A stretch of DNA of 64,000 bases, from positions 544,001 to 608,000 of the forward strand of contig OY970325.1 in assembly GCA_963717145.1 (NCBI GenBank), given 5' to 3'. The translations under genes were made by a program, and so were the position numbers. Below the pieces are notes generated by a model. That model was not told where the DNA came from and made no database searches. It worked only from the letters and a program-made list of their open reading frames with translations. This stretch comes from an uncultured Armatimonadetes bacterium (GTDB lineage: Bacteria; Armatimonadota; UBA5829; DTJY01). Positions 29,688 through 40,542 of the stretch are shown piece after piece. Numbering within the stretch: the first letter of the stretch is position 1; each line of letters begins with the position of its first letter.

Positions 29688-30789
29688 GGAAGACCGCCTT
29701 CACGGATTCGCCGCTGCTCGCCGCTCTGCATGCCTCGTTCGCCTCTGCGATCGAGTACCTGTGCGTGATGCACGCCGCGAACTTGCCTTGCAGATCGGGG
29801 TGCTTCAGGAGGGAGTCGAGATACGTCGCGATATCCGATATCTTGTACTGGCTGCTGCCGACGATGCTGACCGCCTTGAACGTGATCATCTGCGGCTCGA
29901 TCTCGATCGCGCCGCTGTTGGAGTACTGGCCCGGCACGATGTAGCGTCCGAGTGTGCGCACGAGTCGCAGGCCCTCAGGTATGGCCGAGGGGGAGCCGCT
30001 CGCCTCGAAGACGACATCAGCGCCGTCCCCTCGGTTCATCTCCTTCGCGAGGTGTCTGACAGTCTCCAACCGTTCGTCCGGGGGCGTTTCACGGTAGTCG
30101 ATGACCACCTCCGCGCCGAGGTTCCGTGCCAACTCCATCCGCGCCTTGTTCTTCCCCGAGCCGATCGCCACGACGCGGCATCCACGGGCCGATGCCCATG
30201 CAATCGCGAAGAGCCCCACCGGCCCGGTTCCCTGCACGACGACAAGCTCCTCCGCATCTAAATCGCCGGCCCGGTCGAACGCTCGAATAGTCGTCGGGCC
30301 CGCGCACGGGAATGCCGAGGCCGCGTCCACGTCGATGCCCACAGGTAGCTTCACGAGACAGGCCGAGGGGTGATGAACGAACTCCCCGTAGCCTCCGAAG
30401 AAGTGCGGCGGCTCCTCGGGGTCGCGCACGTAGGTCACGCCGAAGTTGAGGCAGTTGGCGGTCTCGCCGCGCATGCAGCTGAAGCAGTCGCCGCAGGGCA
30501 TCGCCACGCACGCGATGGCAAGGTCTCCCGCGCTGATCGGCGTCCCCAGCGCGTCAGTGCGTGCGTGCTCCCCCGTCTCAGCGATCTCCCCGATGAACTC
30601 GTGCCCAGGGATGAACTGCGGAGGGATCGGCAGCCGGCCCTCCAGGATATGAATATCCGTCCCGCAGATGCCGCTACGCACCAGCTTCATCAGCACGCCC
30701 GCATCGCTCGGGGGAACGACGGGATACTCGCGGATCTCCATCTGCTTGTTTGGACCAACGAACACCACAGCCTTGCCTGTCTGACTCAT
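29677..30789 (-). CDS. Zinc-binding alcohol/polyol dehydrogenase (MDR)
   Basis: GICGTDIH, PGHEFIG, CGDCFSC..C structural Zn site, QGTGPVG Rossmann motif. Confidence 0.92.
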   Translation of the reverse strand: MSQTGKAVVFVGPNKQMEIREYPVVPPSDAGVLMKLVRSGICGTDIHILEGRLPIPPQFIPGHEFIGEIAETGEHARTDALGTPISAGDLAIACVAMPCGDCFSCMRGETANCLNFGVTYVRDPEEPPHFFGGYGEFVHHPSACLVKLPVGIDVDAASAFPCAGPTTIRAFDRAGDLDAEELVVVQGTGPVGLFAIAWASARGCRVVAIGSGKNKARMELARNLGAEVVIDYRETPPDERLETVRHLAKEMNRGDGADVVFEASGSPSAIPEGLRLVRTLGRYIVPGQYSNSGAIEIEPQMITFKAVSIVGSSQYKISDIATYLDSLLKHPDLQGKFAACITHRYSIAEANEACRAASSGESVKAVFHAE

Positions 30790-30935
30790 CGAAGCGTCTC
30801 CAATCTTCTGGTCACTTATGACTCCGTTCCACACGCGGGCCCAGGCTTCCTTTTGGACAATTCAGCGCCGGCCTGACAGGATTTCTGCAGAGGGAAGGCG
30901 AAACGGTACGCAAAGATCACGTCGCTCTGCATGAG

Positions 30936-32214
30936 GTGGCCGATTTGACTTCCCGCGAGAGAGTGAACCTTGCGCTGAACCATCGCGAGCCCGACCGCGT
31001 GCCCATCGACCTCGGGGCATGCGCGGTGACCGGTATGCACGTCAGCACGGTGTACAAGCTCCGTCAGGCGCTCGGACTCGATCCGACGGGCACAGCCGTG
31101 AAGGTGATCGAGCCGTACCAGATGCTGGGCGAGATCGCGCCCGACCTGATCGGAGCGCTCGGCGTCGATGTCGTCGGTCTCGGCGGCACGAGGACGCTCT
31201 TCGGGTTCGCGAACGAGGGATGGAAGCCGTGGACCTGGTCAGACGGGACGCCGGTCCTCGTGCCGGAGGGGTTCAACACCGATCCCGAACCGGACGGCTC
31301 GATCCTGATGTACCCCGAGGGGGACAGGTCCGCGCCTCCGAGCGGCAAGCTTCCCAAGGATGGCTTCTACTTCGATACCATCATCCGCCAGCCGCCGATC
31401 GACGACGACCGCCTCGATCCAGAGGACAACCTCGAGGAGTTCGGCCCGATCACCGACGCCGACCTCGAGCACTTCCGCACCGAGGCCGAGCGCCTATACA
31501 CCCAGACCGACAAGGCGATCCTGGCGAACTTCGGCGGAACGGGCTTCGGCGACATCGCGCTCGTCCCGGCTCCGTGGCTCAAGCACCCGAGAGGGATTCG
31601 GGACGTGGAGGAATGGTACGTCAGTACGGCGATGCGCCGCGACTACGTCTACACCGTCTTCGAGCGCCAGTGCGAGATCGCGCTGGCCAACCTGACCCGG
31701 CTCCATCAGGTCGTGGGTGATCGCGTCTCAGCCGTGTTCCTCACCGGCACGGATTTCGGCACTCAGCGAGGGCCGTTCATCTCGATCGAGGCATACCGCG
31801 ACCTCTTCAAGCCGTTTCACAAGGCGTTGAACGACTGGGTCCACGCGAACACGGCATGGAAGACCTTCATCCACTCCTGCGGCTCGGTCGCCGCGCTCAT
31901 TCCGGACTTCATCGACGCGGGCTTCGACATCCTGAACCCGGTGCAGTGCTCGGCGTTCGACATGGAAGCCCGCAGCCTCAAGAGTCGGTTCGGCGATCAG
32001 ATCAGTATTCTGGGGTGGGGGAGTAGATACGCAGCAGACGCTCCCGTTCGGCACGCCCGATGAGGTCCGCGACGAGGTCCGCGAGCGCATCGAGGCGTTC
32101 AGTCCCGGCGGCGGATTCGTCTTCAACGCGATTCACAACATCCAGGCCCGCACTCCGGTCGAGAATGTGCTCGCCATGTATGAAACGCTACGAGAGTTTG
32201 GAGAATACCGATGA
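30936..32214 (+). CDS. Uroporphyrinogen decarboxylase / MtaA-CmuA methyltransferase-family protein; apparent frameshift near 32005
   Basis: TSRERV..HREPDRVPIDLG, GTDFGTQ, FIHSCGS, DILNPVQ. After a frame shift it continues FWGGGVDTQQTLPFGTPDEV..HNIQ to TGA 32212-32214, overlapping the next ATG. Confidence 0.85.
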
Positions 32215-33212
32215 AGAAGCTGATAGTCCCACTGATCCTGCTGGCCGCCGTGATGACCGCGACGACAATCGCTAAACGCAGCGGCGAGGGTCAACGCGTT
32301 GGCAGTGGCCCGTCCGCGGCGGCTCATACCGATCAGCTTTACGTCGAGGTCTCCGCGCTCGGCAACCTCGACTACTTCTACGACCACAAGTTGGGGATGG
32401 AACTCGCGGCAAGAGCGCTCGGCGTGGAGACGAAGTACGTAGGCCCGGCGGAGTACGACATACCCGCGATGATCACCGCATTCGAGCAGGCGCTCGCGAT
32501 GAAGGGTCTCAAGGGCATCGTCGTCGTCGGATTCGAGCCCGCGCTCGTGCCGATCATCAACAAGGCGGTCGAGTCCGGCATCCCGGTCGTTACGGTGGAT
32601 GCCGACCTGCCCGATTCGAAGCGCGTCGCGTTCGTCGGCACCGGCAACTACCAGGCGGGCGTCGAGGGCGGGACGAAGCTCGCGGAGTTGATCGGCGGCA
32701 AGGGCAAGGTCGCGCTCATGACGAAGGTCGGGCAGTCGAACCTCGAGGAGCGGATCAGCGGCTACAAGGACGCGCTGTCGAAGTTCCCGGATATCAGCCT
32801 CGTGCAGATCGTCGATACGCAGTCGGATGCGGTGATCGCGGCCCAGGTCGCCACCGCCGTCCTGCGGAAGAACCCCGATCTCGCCGGCATCGGATGCGTC
32901 GAGGCGGCGGGCGGGACGGGAGCGGCGACTGCGGTCAAGGAATCGGGTCTCGCGGGCAAGGTGAAGATCGTCTCGATGGATCGCGGCAATGAGGTCCTCG
33001 AACTGATCGGCCAGGGTGTCATCAGCGCGTCGATCGCCCAGCGGACGGCACTGATGCCGTTCTACGCTGTAGAGATTCTCTTCAACCTTGCGAACCAAAA
33101 CGTCCCGATCACTGAGGACAACAAGAAGGCGCAGGTATCGACCGCGCCCTCGTCGATCGACACCGGCGTGATCATTGTCGACAAGTCGAACTACAAGTAC
33201 TTTCTGAGGTAA
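32211..33212 (+). CDS. Sugar ABC transporter substrate-binding protein (RbsB-like)
   Basis: GIPVVTVDAD, FVGTGNYQAG, GKVKIV, IDTGV. Confidence 0.9.
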   Translation: MKKLIVPLILLAAVMTATTIAKRSGEGQRVGSGPSAAAHTDQLYVEVSALGNLDYFYDHKLGMELAARALGVETKYVGPAEYDIPAMITAFEQALAMKGLKGIVVVGFEPALVPIINKAVESGIPVVTVDADLPDSKRVAFVGTGNYQAGVEGGTKLAELIGGKGKVALMTKVGQSNLEERISGYKDALSKFPDISLVQIVDTQSDAVIAAQVATAVLRKNPDLAGIGCVEAAGGTGAATAVKESGLAGKVKIVSMDRGNEVLELIGQGVISASIAQRTALMPFYAVEILFNLANQNVPITEDNKKAQVSTAPSSIDTGVIIVDKSNYKYFLR

Positions 33213-33360
33213 TATGGAGTGCGGAAGCGGCGTCTGCGTAGCTTCCGCTTTGAACGACCGTTGGGGATGGAGTTGGACTCCATCCCCCATGACTCAGTCC
33301 CGGGGGATGGAGTCCAACTCCATCCCCAACGGTCGTTCCTTCGGTTACCGCACTCCGTAT
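33213..33360. repeat. Composite REPIN: GGAGTGCG-family outer inverted repeat enclosing GGAG-TTGGA-CTCC copy C (33252-33338)
   Basis: Outer ATATGGAGTGCGG...CCGCACTCCGTAT; inner GAACGACCGTTGGGGATGGAGTTGGACTCCATCCCC...GGGGATGGAGTCCAACTCCATCCCCAACGGTCGTTC. Confidence 0.85.
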
Positions 33361-33370
33361 GGTGAGCAAT

Positions 33371-34882
33371 ATGGCTCTGGTTCTGGAAGCAAGAGAGATC
33401 GTCAAGACATTCCCGGGGGTACGGGCGCTCGATAAGGTGTCGTTCGACCTCCGAAAGGGCGAGGTCCACGCGCTCGTCGGCGAGAACGGCGCGGGGAAGA
33501 GCACCCTCATGCACGTCCTCGGCGGCGTCTACCAGCCGGATTCCGGACGCGTCCTCCTCGACGGCCACGAGGTATCGTTCGCCGATCCCCACAGCGCATC
33601 GATCCACGGGATCAGCGTCGTCTTCCAGGAGTTGAGCCTCTCCGACAACCTCAGCATCGCCGAGAACATCTTCGCCAACCGCCAGCCGACCCGTGGCGCG
33701 GGCCTGATCGACTGGAGCGAGCTTCACGCGCGAACCCGTGAGGTCCTCGGCCTCTTCGATTGGGACGCGGACCCGTCCACTCCGCTGGGCGAGCTATCCG
33801 CGCCGAAGAAACAGGTCGTCGAGATCCTGAAGGCGCTCTCCCGCGATCCGAGCGTCCTGATCCTCGACGAGCCGACATCATCCCTGACCGCGCACGAGAC
33901 CGAGCTGCTCTTCCGAAACATCCGGCGGCTCAAGGAAAGCGGGCTCTCGGTCATCTACATTTCGCACCATCTCTCCGAGGTCTTCCAGCTTGCCGACCGG
34001 GTGACGGTCCTGCGCGATGGGAGGCTGGTCGAGACCTGCGACATCGGCGATGTGACGGAAGATGATCTCGTCCGCAAGATGGTCGGCCGCGAGCTGACCG
34101 ACATGTACGGCCGGCGAACCACCCCGGTCGGCGACGAGCGATTCCGGGTGACCATGAGTCCCGTAGGTCCCATCAGTCCCATCGGTCCTATCGGTCCCAT
34201 TCCGGACCTTTCTGTGAAGGCAGGCGAGATCGTCGGGATCGCGGGACTGGCGGGCGCGGGCCGGACCGAACTCGCGCGGGCGATCATCGGGTGCGACGGT
34301 GTCTATGACGGACAGATATTCCTCGACGGGAAGCAGATCACGATCCGCAGCCCGGAGGACGCGGTCAGGCATCGGATCGCATACCTCAGTGAGGACCGCA
34401 AGGCCGACGGCCTCTTCCTCGACATGGCGATCCGGGAGAACTGCGCCGCCCCGCGCCTGCGAGAGTTCGCCGGACGATTCGGGTTCATGGACGACAGGGC
34501 GATCACTCAGCGTGCGGAGAACTACCGCCGGGAGTTCGGCATCGCGACGCCCGACTCATGGCAGACGGTCGGGCTGCTCTCAGGCGGCAACCAGCAGAAG
34601 GTGCTCCTGGCGATGTGGATCGGCATTCGGCCGCTCGTCCTGATCGCCGACGAGCCGACGCGCGGAGTCGATGTCGGCGCGCGCAGCGAGATATACCGCC
34701 TCCTGCGCGATCTGGCGGCGGACGGCGTGGCGATCATCCTGATCTCCTCCGACCTGATCGAGGTCTTGGGCCTGAGTGACCGGGTGCTCGTCATGCGCAC
34801 CGGGAGCATCGTCGCCGAGTTCCCGAGCGAAGAGGCGACCGAGGAGAAGATCATCGCGTGCGCATCGGGACTGACGGCGTAA
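33371..34882 (+). CDS. Sugar ABC transporter ATP-binding protein (RbsA/MglA-like)
   Basis: GENGAGKST, LILDEPT, YISH, GLAGAGRTE, LSGGNQQK, DEPTRGVDVGA. Confidence 0.95.
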   Translation: MALVLEAREIVKTFPGVRALDKVSFDLRKGEVHALVGENGAGKSTLMHVLGGVYQPDSGRVLLDGHEVSFADPHSASIHGISVVFQELSLSDNLSIAENIFANRQPTRGAGLIDWSELHARTREVLGLFDWDADPSTPLGELSAPKKQVVEILKALSRDPSVLILDEPTSSLTAHETELLFRNIRRLKESGLSVIYISHHLSEVFQLADRVTVLRDGRLVETCDIGDVTEDDLVRKMVGRELTDMYGRRTTPVGDERFRVTMSPVGPISPIGPIGPIPDLSVKAGEIVGIAGLAGAGRTELARAIIGCDGVYDGQIFLDGKQITIRSPEDAVRHRIAYLSEDRKADGLFLDMAIRENCAAPRLREFAGRFGFMDDRAITQRAENYRREFGIATPDSWQTVGLLSGGNQQKVLLAMWIGIRPLVLIADEPTRGVDVGARSEIYRLLRDLAADGVAIILISSDLIEVLGLSDRVLVMRTGSIVAEFPSEEATEEKIIACASGLTA

Positions 34883-35025
34883 ATTCGAAATTCGAAGTTC
34901 GAAGCACGAAACAAAGTGCAAATCGGGAAAAGGGCAATTCCGAAAACCTTGCGGCTGCGGGTTGTTTGCTTTTTGGATTTTGGGTCATTCGGATCTGTTT
35001 CGAATTTCGAGCTTCGAATTTCGTG
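34881..35025. repeat. Inverted blocks of 7-bp TCGAAAT-type repeats
   Basis: aaattcgaaattcgaagttcgaagcacgaaac ... gtttcgaatttcgagcttcgaatttcgtgctt. Confidence 0.7.
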
Positions 35026-35045
35026 CTTGACTCTGAGGTAACTGC

Positions 35046-36026
35046 ATGGCTGAGAGAATGAAGAGCAACCCGATACTGGCGCGAATCCTCCGGATCACGG
35101 AATACCGGGAGTTCATGATCGTCTACATCATCGTCCTCGGCACGATTGCCATCGCCTATGCGGTTCCCGGCTTCATGGACAGGCGGAACACCTCGGCCAT
35201 TCTCCTCGCGCTCGCCGACCAGAGCATCATCGCGATCGGAATGACGCTGCTCCTCGTCTCCGGCGGCTTCGACATGTCGGTTGGCTCGACGATGGCGCTC
35301 GCGGGGGTCACGACCGCGATCTGGCTCACGCTCGGTCTGCCGGTCGGACTCGCCATCGCGCTCGGGCTCGCGGTCGGCGTGCTTATCGGCCTGATCAACG
35401 GGATGGTCGTCGCGCACGTCGGCATCAACCCGTTCATCACGACTCTGGGCATGATGAGCCTCGCGCGCGGGATGCTGATGGTCGTCTCGAACGGGCGGAA
35501 CATCTCCGGCCTGCCCGCGTCGTTCACGGCGATAGGGCAGGGGAGCATCCTTGGCGTCCAGTATCCGATCATCATCTCGATCGTGCTCGTATTCGCCGGC
35601 GACTTCCTCCTCCGCCGAAGCCGGTTCTTCCGCCAGAACTACTACATCGGCGCGAACGAGAAGGCCGCGCTCCTCTCCGGCATCAACGTCAAGAAGATGA
35701 AGGTCTTCAACTACGCGCTGACCGGCTTCCTGGCGGCGCTCGCCGGGATCATCATCACCGCGCGGCTCGGCTCGGCGTCGACCTCGGCGGGGAGGGGCCT
35801 CGAACTGCGCGTGATCTCGGCGGTCATCATCGGCGGCGCGAGCCTCAAGGGCGGAGTCGGCACGATCGCGGGCTCGTTCCTCGGGGCGCTCCTCATGAGC
35901 ATCATCGTCAGCTCGATCAACCTGCTCGGCGTGGAGTTGAACTGGATCGACTTCGTCCTCGGCGCGACGCTGCTCCTGGCGGTGATGGCGGATACCTTCA
36001 GCCAGAAGAAGACCACGAAGGAATAG
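35046..36026 (+). CDS. Sugar ABC transporter permease (RbsC-like)
   Basis: GGFDMSVGS, INPFITTLG, IGANEKAALLSGI, ELRVISAVIIGGASL. Confidence 0.93.
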   Translation: MAERMKSNPILARILRITEYREFMIVYIIVLGTIAIAYAVPGFMDRRNTSAILLALADQSIIAIGMTLLLVSGGFDMSVGSTMALAGVTTAIWLTLGLPVGLAIALGLAVGVLIGLINGMVVAHVGINPFITTLGMMSLARGMLMVVSNGRNISGLPASFTAIGQGSILGVQYPIIISIVLVFAGDFLLRRSRFFRQNYYIGANEKAALLSGINVKKMKVFNYALTGFLAALAGIIITARLGSASTSAGRGLELRVISAVIIGGASLKGGVGTIAGSFLGALLMSIIVSSINLLGVELNWIDFVLGATLLLAVMADTFSQKKTTKE

Positions 36027-38468
36027 GTGAGCGACTTGAGGCGCATGCTCTGGATACTCCTGCTGATCGGCGTCACGAGTGCCTGCGGCGCGTCGGTCAG
36101 TCGGCGGACGATACCGCTCGACGGCAGGTGGCAGATCGCTCAGGGCCCTCACTCGGAGATGCCACAGGCGTTTGGCGGCACGATCCCCGTTCCGGGACTG
36201 GTCGACATGGCGAAACCCGCCTTCACGGAGGTCGGCATTCCCAGTCCTCAGCGCGAGGCGTTCTGGTACAGGCGCACGTTCTACCTCGCCGGGCCGGAAT
36301 ACGCGGTCGCCCTTTTGAAGGTCAACAAGGCGAGGTTCGGCACGAAGGTGTGGCTCAACGGGACCGAGGTCGGCGAGCATCTCGGATGCTTCACGCCAGG
36401 CTACTTCGATGTGAGCAAGCTCGTCCGCTACGGCGCCCGCAACACGGTCGTCATCCGCATCGGCGCGTGCCGGGAATCGCTGCCTCCATCCGTCCCCGGC
36501 GGCATGGACTACGAGAAGACGATCTGGACGCCGGGCATCTACGACTCGGTCTCCCTGACGCTCTCGGGGGATCCGCGCATTGTCTCGCTGCAGGTTGCCC
36601 CGCATATCGGCGATGGGACGATCACGGCACAGGTCGTCGTCAAGCATCATGGAAAGGAACCGGGTGAAGGTACGCTGCGGCTCAGCGTCCGGGAATGGAA
36701 GAGCGGACGCACGGTAGCGAAATCGGTCAGCTGGGGGTTCGGGATCGATGGGTCGGGTGAACGGACTATCACCGACACCCTTCACATCGACAAGCCGCAC
36801 CTCTGGTCGCCGGAGGACCCGTTCCTCTACGTTCTTCGATGCGAAACCGATGGCGATGCGGCCGAGACCCGGTTCGGAATGCGGGAATTCCGATACGACG
36901 CGAAGACCGGGCGTGCGGTGCTTAACGGCCGTCCCTACTACCTCAGAGGGACCAACTTCTGCATGTTTCGCTTCTTCGAGGACCCGCTCAGGGGTGCCCT
37001 TCCCTGGAACCGCACATGGGCCCGGAAGCTTCTCACTCTGCCGAAGGACGCGCTCCACTGGAACTCCGCCCGCGTCTGCATCGCGCCGTTCCCCGAGTTC
37101 TGGTACGACCTCGCCGATGAGATCGGCTGGCTGCTCCAGGACGAGTATCCGATCTGGGGCTTCAACGACGCCTGGAGCCAGGACGAACTGATCGCCGAGT
37201 TCAGGGAATGGCTGACCGAGCGATGGAATCACCCCTCGATTGTCGTCTGGGATGCATGCAACGAGACGCTCAATCCGCGCACCGGCGCACTCATCGAGGC
37301 CGTTCGCGGCATGGACCTCTCCGACCGTCCGTGGGATGACGGCTACAGTCAGCGCCATCGCCCCGACGATCCCATGGAGAGCCACCCCTATACCAGCATG
37401 TCATCGGGTGACGCCAGGCTCGGCAGCGTGCTGGACAAGACGTGGCCGGGGATCGGGAAGCCGTTCGTCATCAACGAGTATGATGCGTTCTGGATGGACC
37501 GAGATGGAGGCGCTACGCCCTGGTTCGGGAAGTGGTATGAGAATACTCTCGGGCCTGACGCGACCCTCGATCAGAAGCGCGAACTCCGCGCCCGCAATGC
37601 GGCGGCGGTCACCGAATACTGGCGCGCGAGACGTGATGCCGCCGGCGTGCACTGGTTCTGCTACCTGGCTTATTCCAAGCCGGGGATGGTGACCAGCGAC
37701 AACTTCGCGGATATGCCGAACCTCGTGCTCGACCCCTACTTCGTTGACTACATGCGCGATGCCTTCTCGCCGCTCGCGGTGACGATCGACGACTGCGAGG
37801 TTCGAGTCGCCCCAGGCACATCGAGCAACTGCCGGATAGTCGTGACAAACGACCTCTATGAGTCGCGGACCGGAGTCGTTGAGCTGCAACTGAACGAGGT
37901 GACGCAGCGATCGGCGAAGTTCAAGGTCCCCGCGCTCGGCCAATCCGTGATCATGCTGCCCTTGAGGTTTCCGGCAACTCCCGGGAAGTACCGCCTGACC
38001 GTCGAGCTGATCCCCGACAAGGGCGAGCGCGTCCGAAGCCGGCGCAACGTCGAGGTCATGACCCCTGAGGAGACTAAGAGGTATGTAAGCCTCTCCGACC
38101 GCTGCCGGGTAACCACCTCGTCCACCTACCGCAAGTACCCGGCGAGGTTCGCGGTCGACAGGCATGGCGGTACGCGGTGGTCATCTCGGTTCAGCGATCC
38201 TCAATGGATCTCGGTTGACCTCGGCAAGGTGCAGCGGATCGGATGCGTAGTCCTGGACTGGGAACGCGCATGCGGCAAGTCGTATCGGATTCAGGTCTCA
38301 TCCGACAGCCGCAAGTGGACCGATGTCTACTCCACCAATGATGGCAAGGGCGGTCGCGAAGAGGTCAGGTTCACGCCCATACCCGCCCGGTACGTCCGCA
38401 TGTACGGCACCGCCCGGGGGACCGAGTTCGGCTACTCGCTCTGGAGTTTCCAGGTCTTCGAGGACTAG
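36027..38468 (+). CDS. Glycoside hydrolase family 2 with C-terminal F5/8 type C (CBM32) domain
   Basis: PHLWSPEDPFLY, TRFGMREF, NHPSIVVWDACNE; RWSSRFSDPQWISVDLG and ARYVRMYG. Confidence 0.88.
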   Translation: MSDLRRMLWILLLIGVTSACGASVSRRTIPLDGRWQIAQGPHSEMPQAFGGTIPVPGLVDMAKPAFTEVGIPSPQREAFWYRRTFYLAGPEYAVALLKVNKARFGTKVWLNGTEVGEHLGCFTPGYFDVSKLVRYGARNTVVIRIGACRESLPPSVPGGMDYEKTIWTPGIYDSVSLTLSGDPRIVSLQVAPHIGDGTITAQVVVKHHGKEPGEGTLRLSVREWKSGRTVAKSVSWGFGIDGSGERTITDTLHIDKPHLWSPEDPFLYVLRCETDGDAAETRFGMREFRYDAKTGRAVLNGRPYYLRGTNFCMFRFFEDPLRGALPWNRTWARKLLTLPKDALHWNSARVCIAPFPEFWYDLADEIGWLLQDEYPIWGFNDAWSQDELIAEFREWLTERWNHPSIVVWDACNETLNPRTGALIEAVRGMDLSDRPWDDGYSQRHRPDDPMESHPYTSMSSGDARLGSVLDKTWPGIGKPFVINEYDAFWMDRDGGATPWFGKWYENTLGPDATLDQKRELRARNAAAVTEYWRARRDAAGVHWFCYLAYSKPGMVTSDNFADMPNLVLDPYFVDYMRDAFSPLAVTIDDCEVRVAPGTSSNCRIVVTNDLYESRTGVVELQLNEVTQRSAKFKVPALGQSVIMLPLRFPATPGKYRLTVELIPDKGERVRSRRNVEVMTPEETKRYVSLSDRCRVTTSSTYRKYPARFAVDRHGGTRWSSRFSDPQWISVDLGKVQRIGCVVLDWERACGKSYRIQVSSDSRKWTDVYSTNDGKGGREEVRFTPIPARYVRMYGTARGTEFGYSLWSFQVFED

Positions 38469-38469
38469 A

Positions 38470-40533
38470 ATGACGCTGATTCCATATGAGCTTCCACCCA
38501 ATATCGCCGCTCTGCGGGAGATCGCGCTCAACAAGAAGAGTGGATGGGGCTGCCCGGCGGTCCTCCCGGCTGAGGCTCAGGCGTGGCTCGAACACACTCC
38601 CGACGAGGACTGGCTGGTCTGGCGCGCGCGTCGGACCGCCGCGAAACTGTCGAGCATGCCGATCGACATCCTCCAGGGCGAGCGGATCGTCGGTCGCCCG
38701 CTGCTCTGGGATGCGACTGAGGCGGAGAACGAGGAGCTTTCCGCGGCATGGAAGGTACTGGAATCGGTGCCTCCGTTCCCCGGCGGCGACACCGGGCATT
38801 TCAACCCCGACTTCGCGAAGGTGTTCAACGTCGGCATCGGTGGGATCATCGAGGAGGTCCGCTCGAGGCGTGACGCGTCGGGCGACGAGAAGCGCGCGTT
38901 CTACGACGCATGCGAGATCGCGATGAAGGGGTTCTCGGGATACATCCTCCGGGTCGCCAATGCGTGCGACGGCGAACTTGCGGACATCTGCCGAAAAGTC
39001 GCCTGCGAGCCGCCTTCGACGTTCCATGAGGCCATCCAGTTGATGTTCCTGCTGATCGTCGCGCTCTGGTTCGGAGAGGATCACGTCCTCTGCAACCCGG
39101 GCCGGATCGACCGGACGCTCGGCCCGTTCTACGAGGCCGACCTCGCCGCTGGGCGGATCACCCGCGAGGAGGCGCTCGACCTGATCTGCTGCCTCTACAT
39201 CCAAATGAACATGATCTGCTTCCCTGGAGCGGCGATCGCGGTTACGGTCGGCGGCCGGGATGCGGAAGGGCGGGATATGACGAACGACCTCACCTACCAC
39301 TGCCTGGAGGCCCGGCTCGCGACGCATCTCGTCTACCCCACAGTCGGCCTCGCGTGGCATGAGGGGACTCCCGTCGAACTGACCGACTTCGCATGCCGCA
39401 TGATCGCCACCGGCGTCGGCGATCCGGCGTTCTTCAACGACGAGTTGATCGCGCAGGGCCTCCAGGACCTCGGCGTCTCGGAGGCCGACTCGCGCGAATA
39501 CATGAACTCCACGTGCGTCGAGATCAAGCCCGTCGGCGCATCGAACATCTGGGTGACTCATCCCTACTTCAACTGCCCGGATGCGGTGCTTCAGGCGATG
39601 GACGGCGATCCGGCGGATTTCGAGCAGTTCAGCTCAGTGGTGAGGGAAAAGCTCAGCGCCCAGGTCCGAGAGGCCGCGGAGAACTCCGACCGCATCTGGA
39701 ACGAACGATACACGCGCGGCGGCTTCCCGCTCGCCAGTTGCGTCATCAACGACTGCCTCGAGCGGGGCGTCGACTTCGACCGGGGAGGCGCGCGGTACAA
39801 CTGGGTCGAAAACTCGTTCGTCGGGCTCGCGAACCTGGTCGATGGCATGATGGCCGTGAAGAAGCTGGTCTTCGATTCGAGGAGGCTCTCGCTCCCGGAG
39901 TTCCGCGACATCCTCAGGACCGACTTCGAGGGCCACGAGACGCTCCGTCAGGAGATCCTGAACACGATCCCTCACTACGGGACGGACAACCCGGAGGTCG
40001 ATGCGCTCGCGATCGAGTGGGCGCACTTCATTGAGGAGACATCCCGCTCCAATATCGTCGGAGGCAGTCCATACGTGCCCGGCTTCTTCTGCTGGATCAT
40101 GCACGGCGAGTTCGGCGCTCGGACCGGCGCGACCCCCGACGGTCGGAAAGCCGGCGCCGCGCTCGCGGATGGGGCAGGCGCGGCTCAGGGCCGGGAGACC
40201 GCAGGCCCGACGGCATCGATACTCTCGACGACCAAGTGGAGCCATCGGAGCGCGATCGGCGGGCTGGTGCACAACCTGAAGCTTGCCGGAAGTTCCCTGC
40301 GCACCGCGTCCGATCTGCAGGCGCTCCGTACCCTGATCGAGACTTACCTGCGCATGGGCGGCTTCGAGATACAGGTGAACGTCGTCGATGCCGATGTCCT
40401 TCGCGATGCCCAGGCACATCCGGAGTTACACGCCGACCTGCTCGTGAGGGTTGCGGGCTACTCCGACTACTTCACCCACCTCGGTCCTGTCCTACAGGAA
40501 GAGGTCATCGCCCGCACGGAACACGGGTGCTAG
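38470..40533 (+). CDS. Glycyl radical enzyme (PFL family, atypical Cys loop), GRE2
   Basis: YMNSTCVE Cys loop; LLVRVAGYSDYF Gly loop; PGRIDRTL, GATPDGR; ATG 38470 directly after the GH2 stop. Confidence 0.9.
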   Translation: MTLIPYELPPNIAALREIALNKKSGWGCPAVLPAEAQAWLEHTPDEDWLVWRARRTAAKLSSMPIDILQGERIVGRPLLWDATEAENEELSAAWKVLESVPPFPGGDTGHFNPDFAKVFNVGIGGIIEEVRSRRDASGDEKRAFYDACEIAMKGFSGYILRVANACDGELADICRKVACEPPSTFHEAIQLMFLLIVALWFGEDHVLCNPGRIDRTLGPFYEADLAAGRITREEALDLICCLYIQMNMICFPGAAIAVTVGGRDAEGRDMTNDLTYHCLEARLATHLVYPTVGLAWHEGTPVELTDFACRMIATGVGDPAFFNDELIAQGLQDLGVSEADSREYMNSTCVEIKPVGASNIWVTHPYFNCPDAVLQAMDGDPADFEQFSSVVREKLSAQVREAAENSDRIWNERYTRGGFPLASCVINDCLERGVDFDRGGARYNWVENSFVGLANLVDGMMAVKKLVFDSRRLSLPEFRDILRTDFEGHETLRQEILNTIPHYGTDNPEVDALAIEWAHFIEETSRSNIVGGSPYVPGFFCWIMHGEFGARTGATPDGRKAGAALADGAGAAQGRETAGPTASILSTTKWSHRSAIGGLVHNLKLAGSSLRTASDLQALRTLIETYLRMGGFEIQVNVVDADVLRDAQAHPELHADLLVRVAGYSDYFTHLGPVLQEEVIARTEHGC

Positions 40534-40542
40534 GAGAACATC

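Noticed and set aside
34851-37385. 844-aa minus-strand ORF (and similar long antisense ORFs at 44019-46118, 46126-48117, 55843-57498)
   Set aside because: These are shadow frames of well-supported opposite-strand genes, as expected in high-GC DNA.
27621-40533. Calling the GREs pyruvate formate-lyase (pflB)
   Set aside because: Both lack the adjacent Cys-Cys active-site pair of true PFL.
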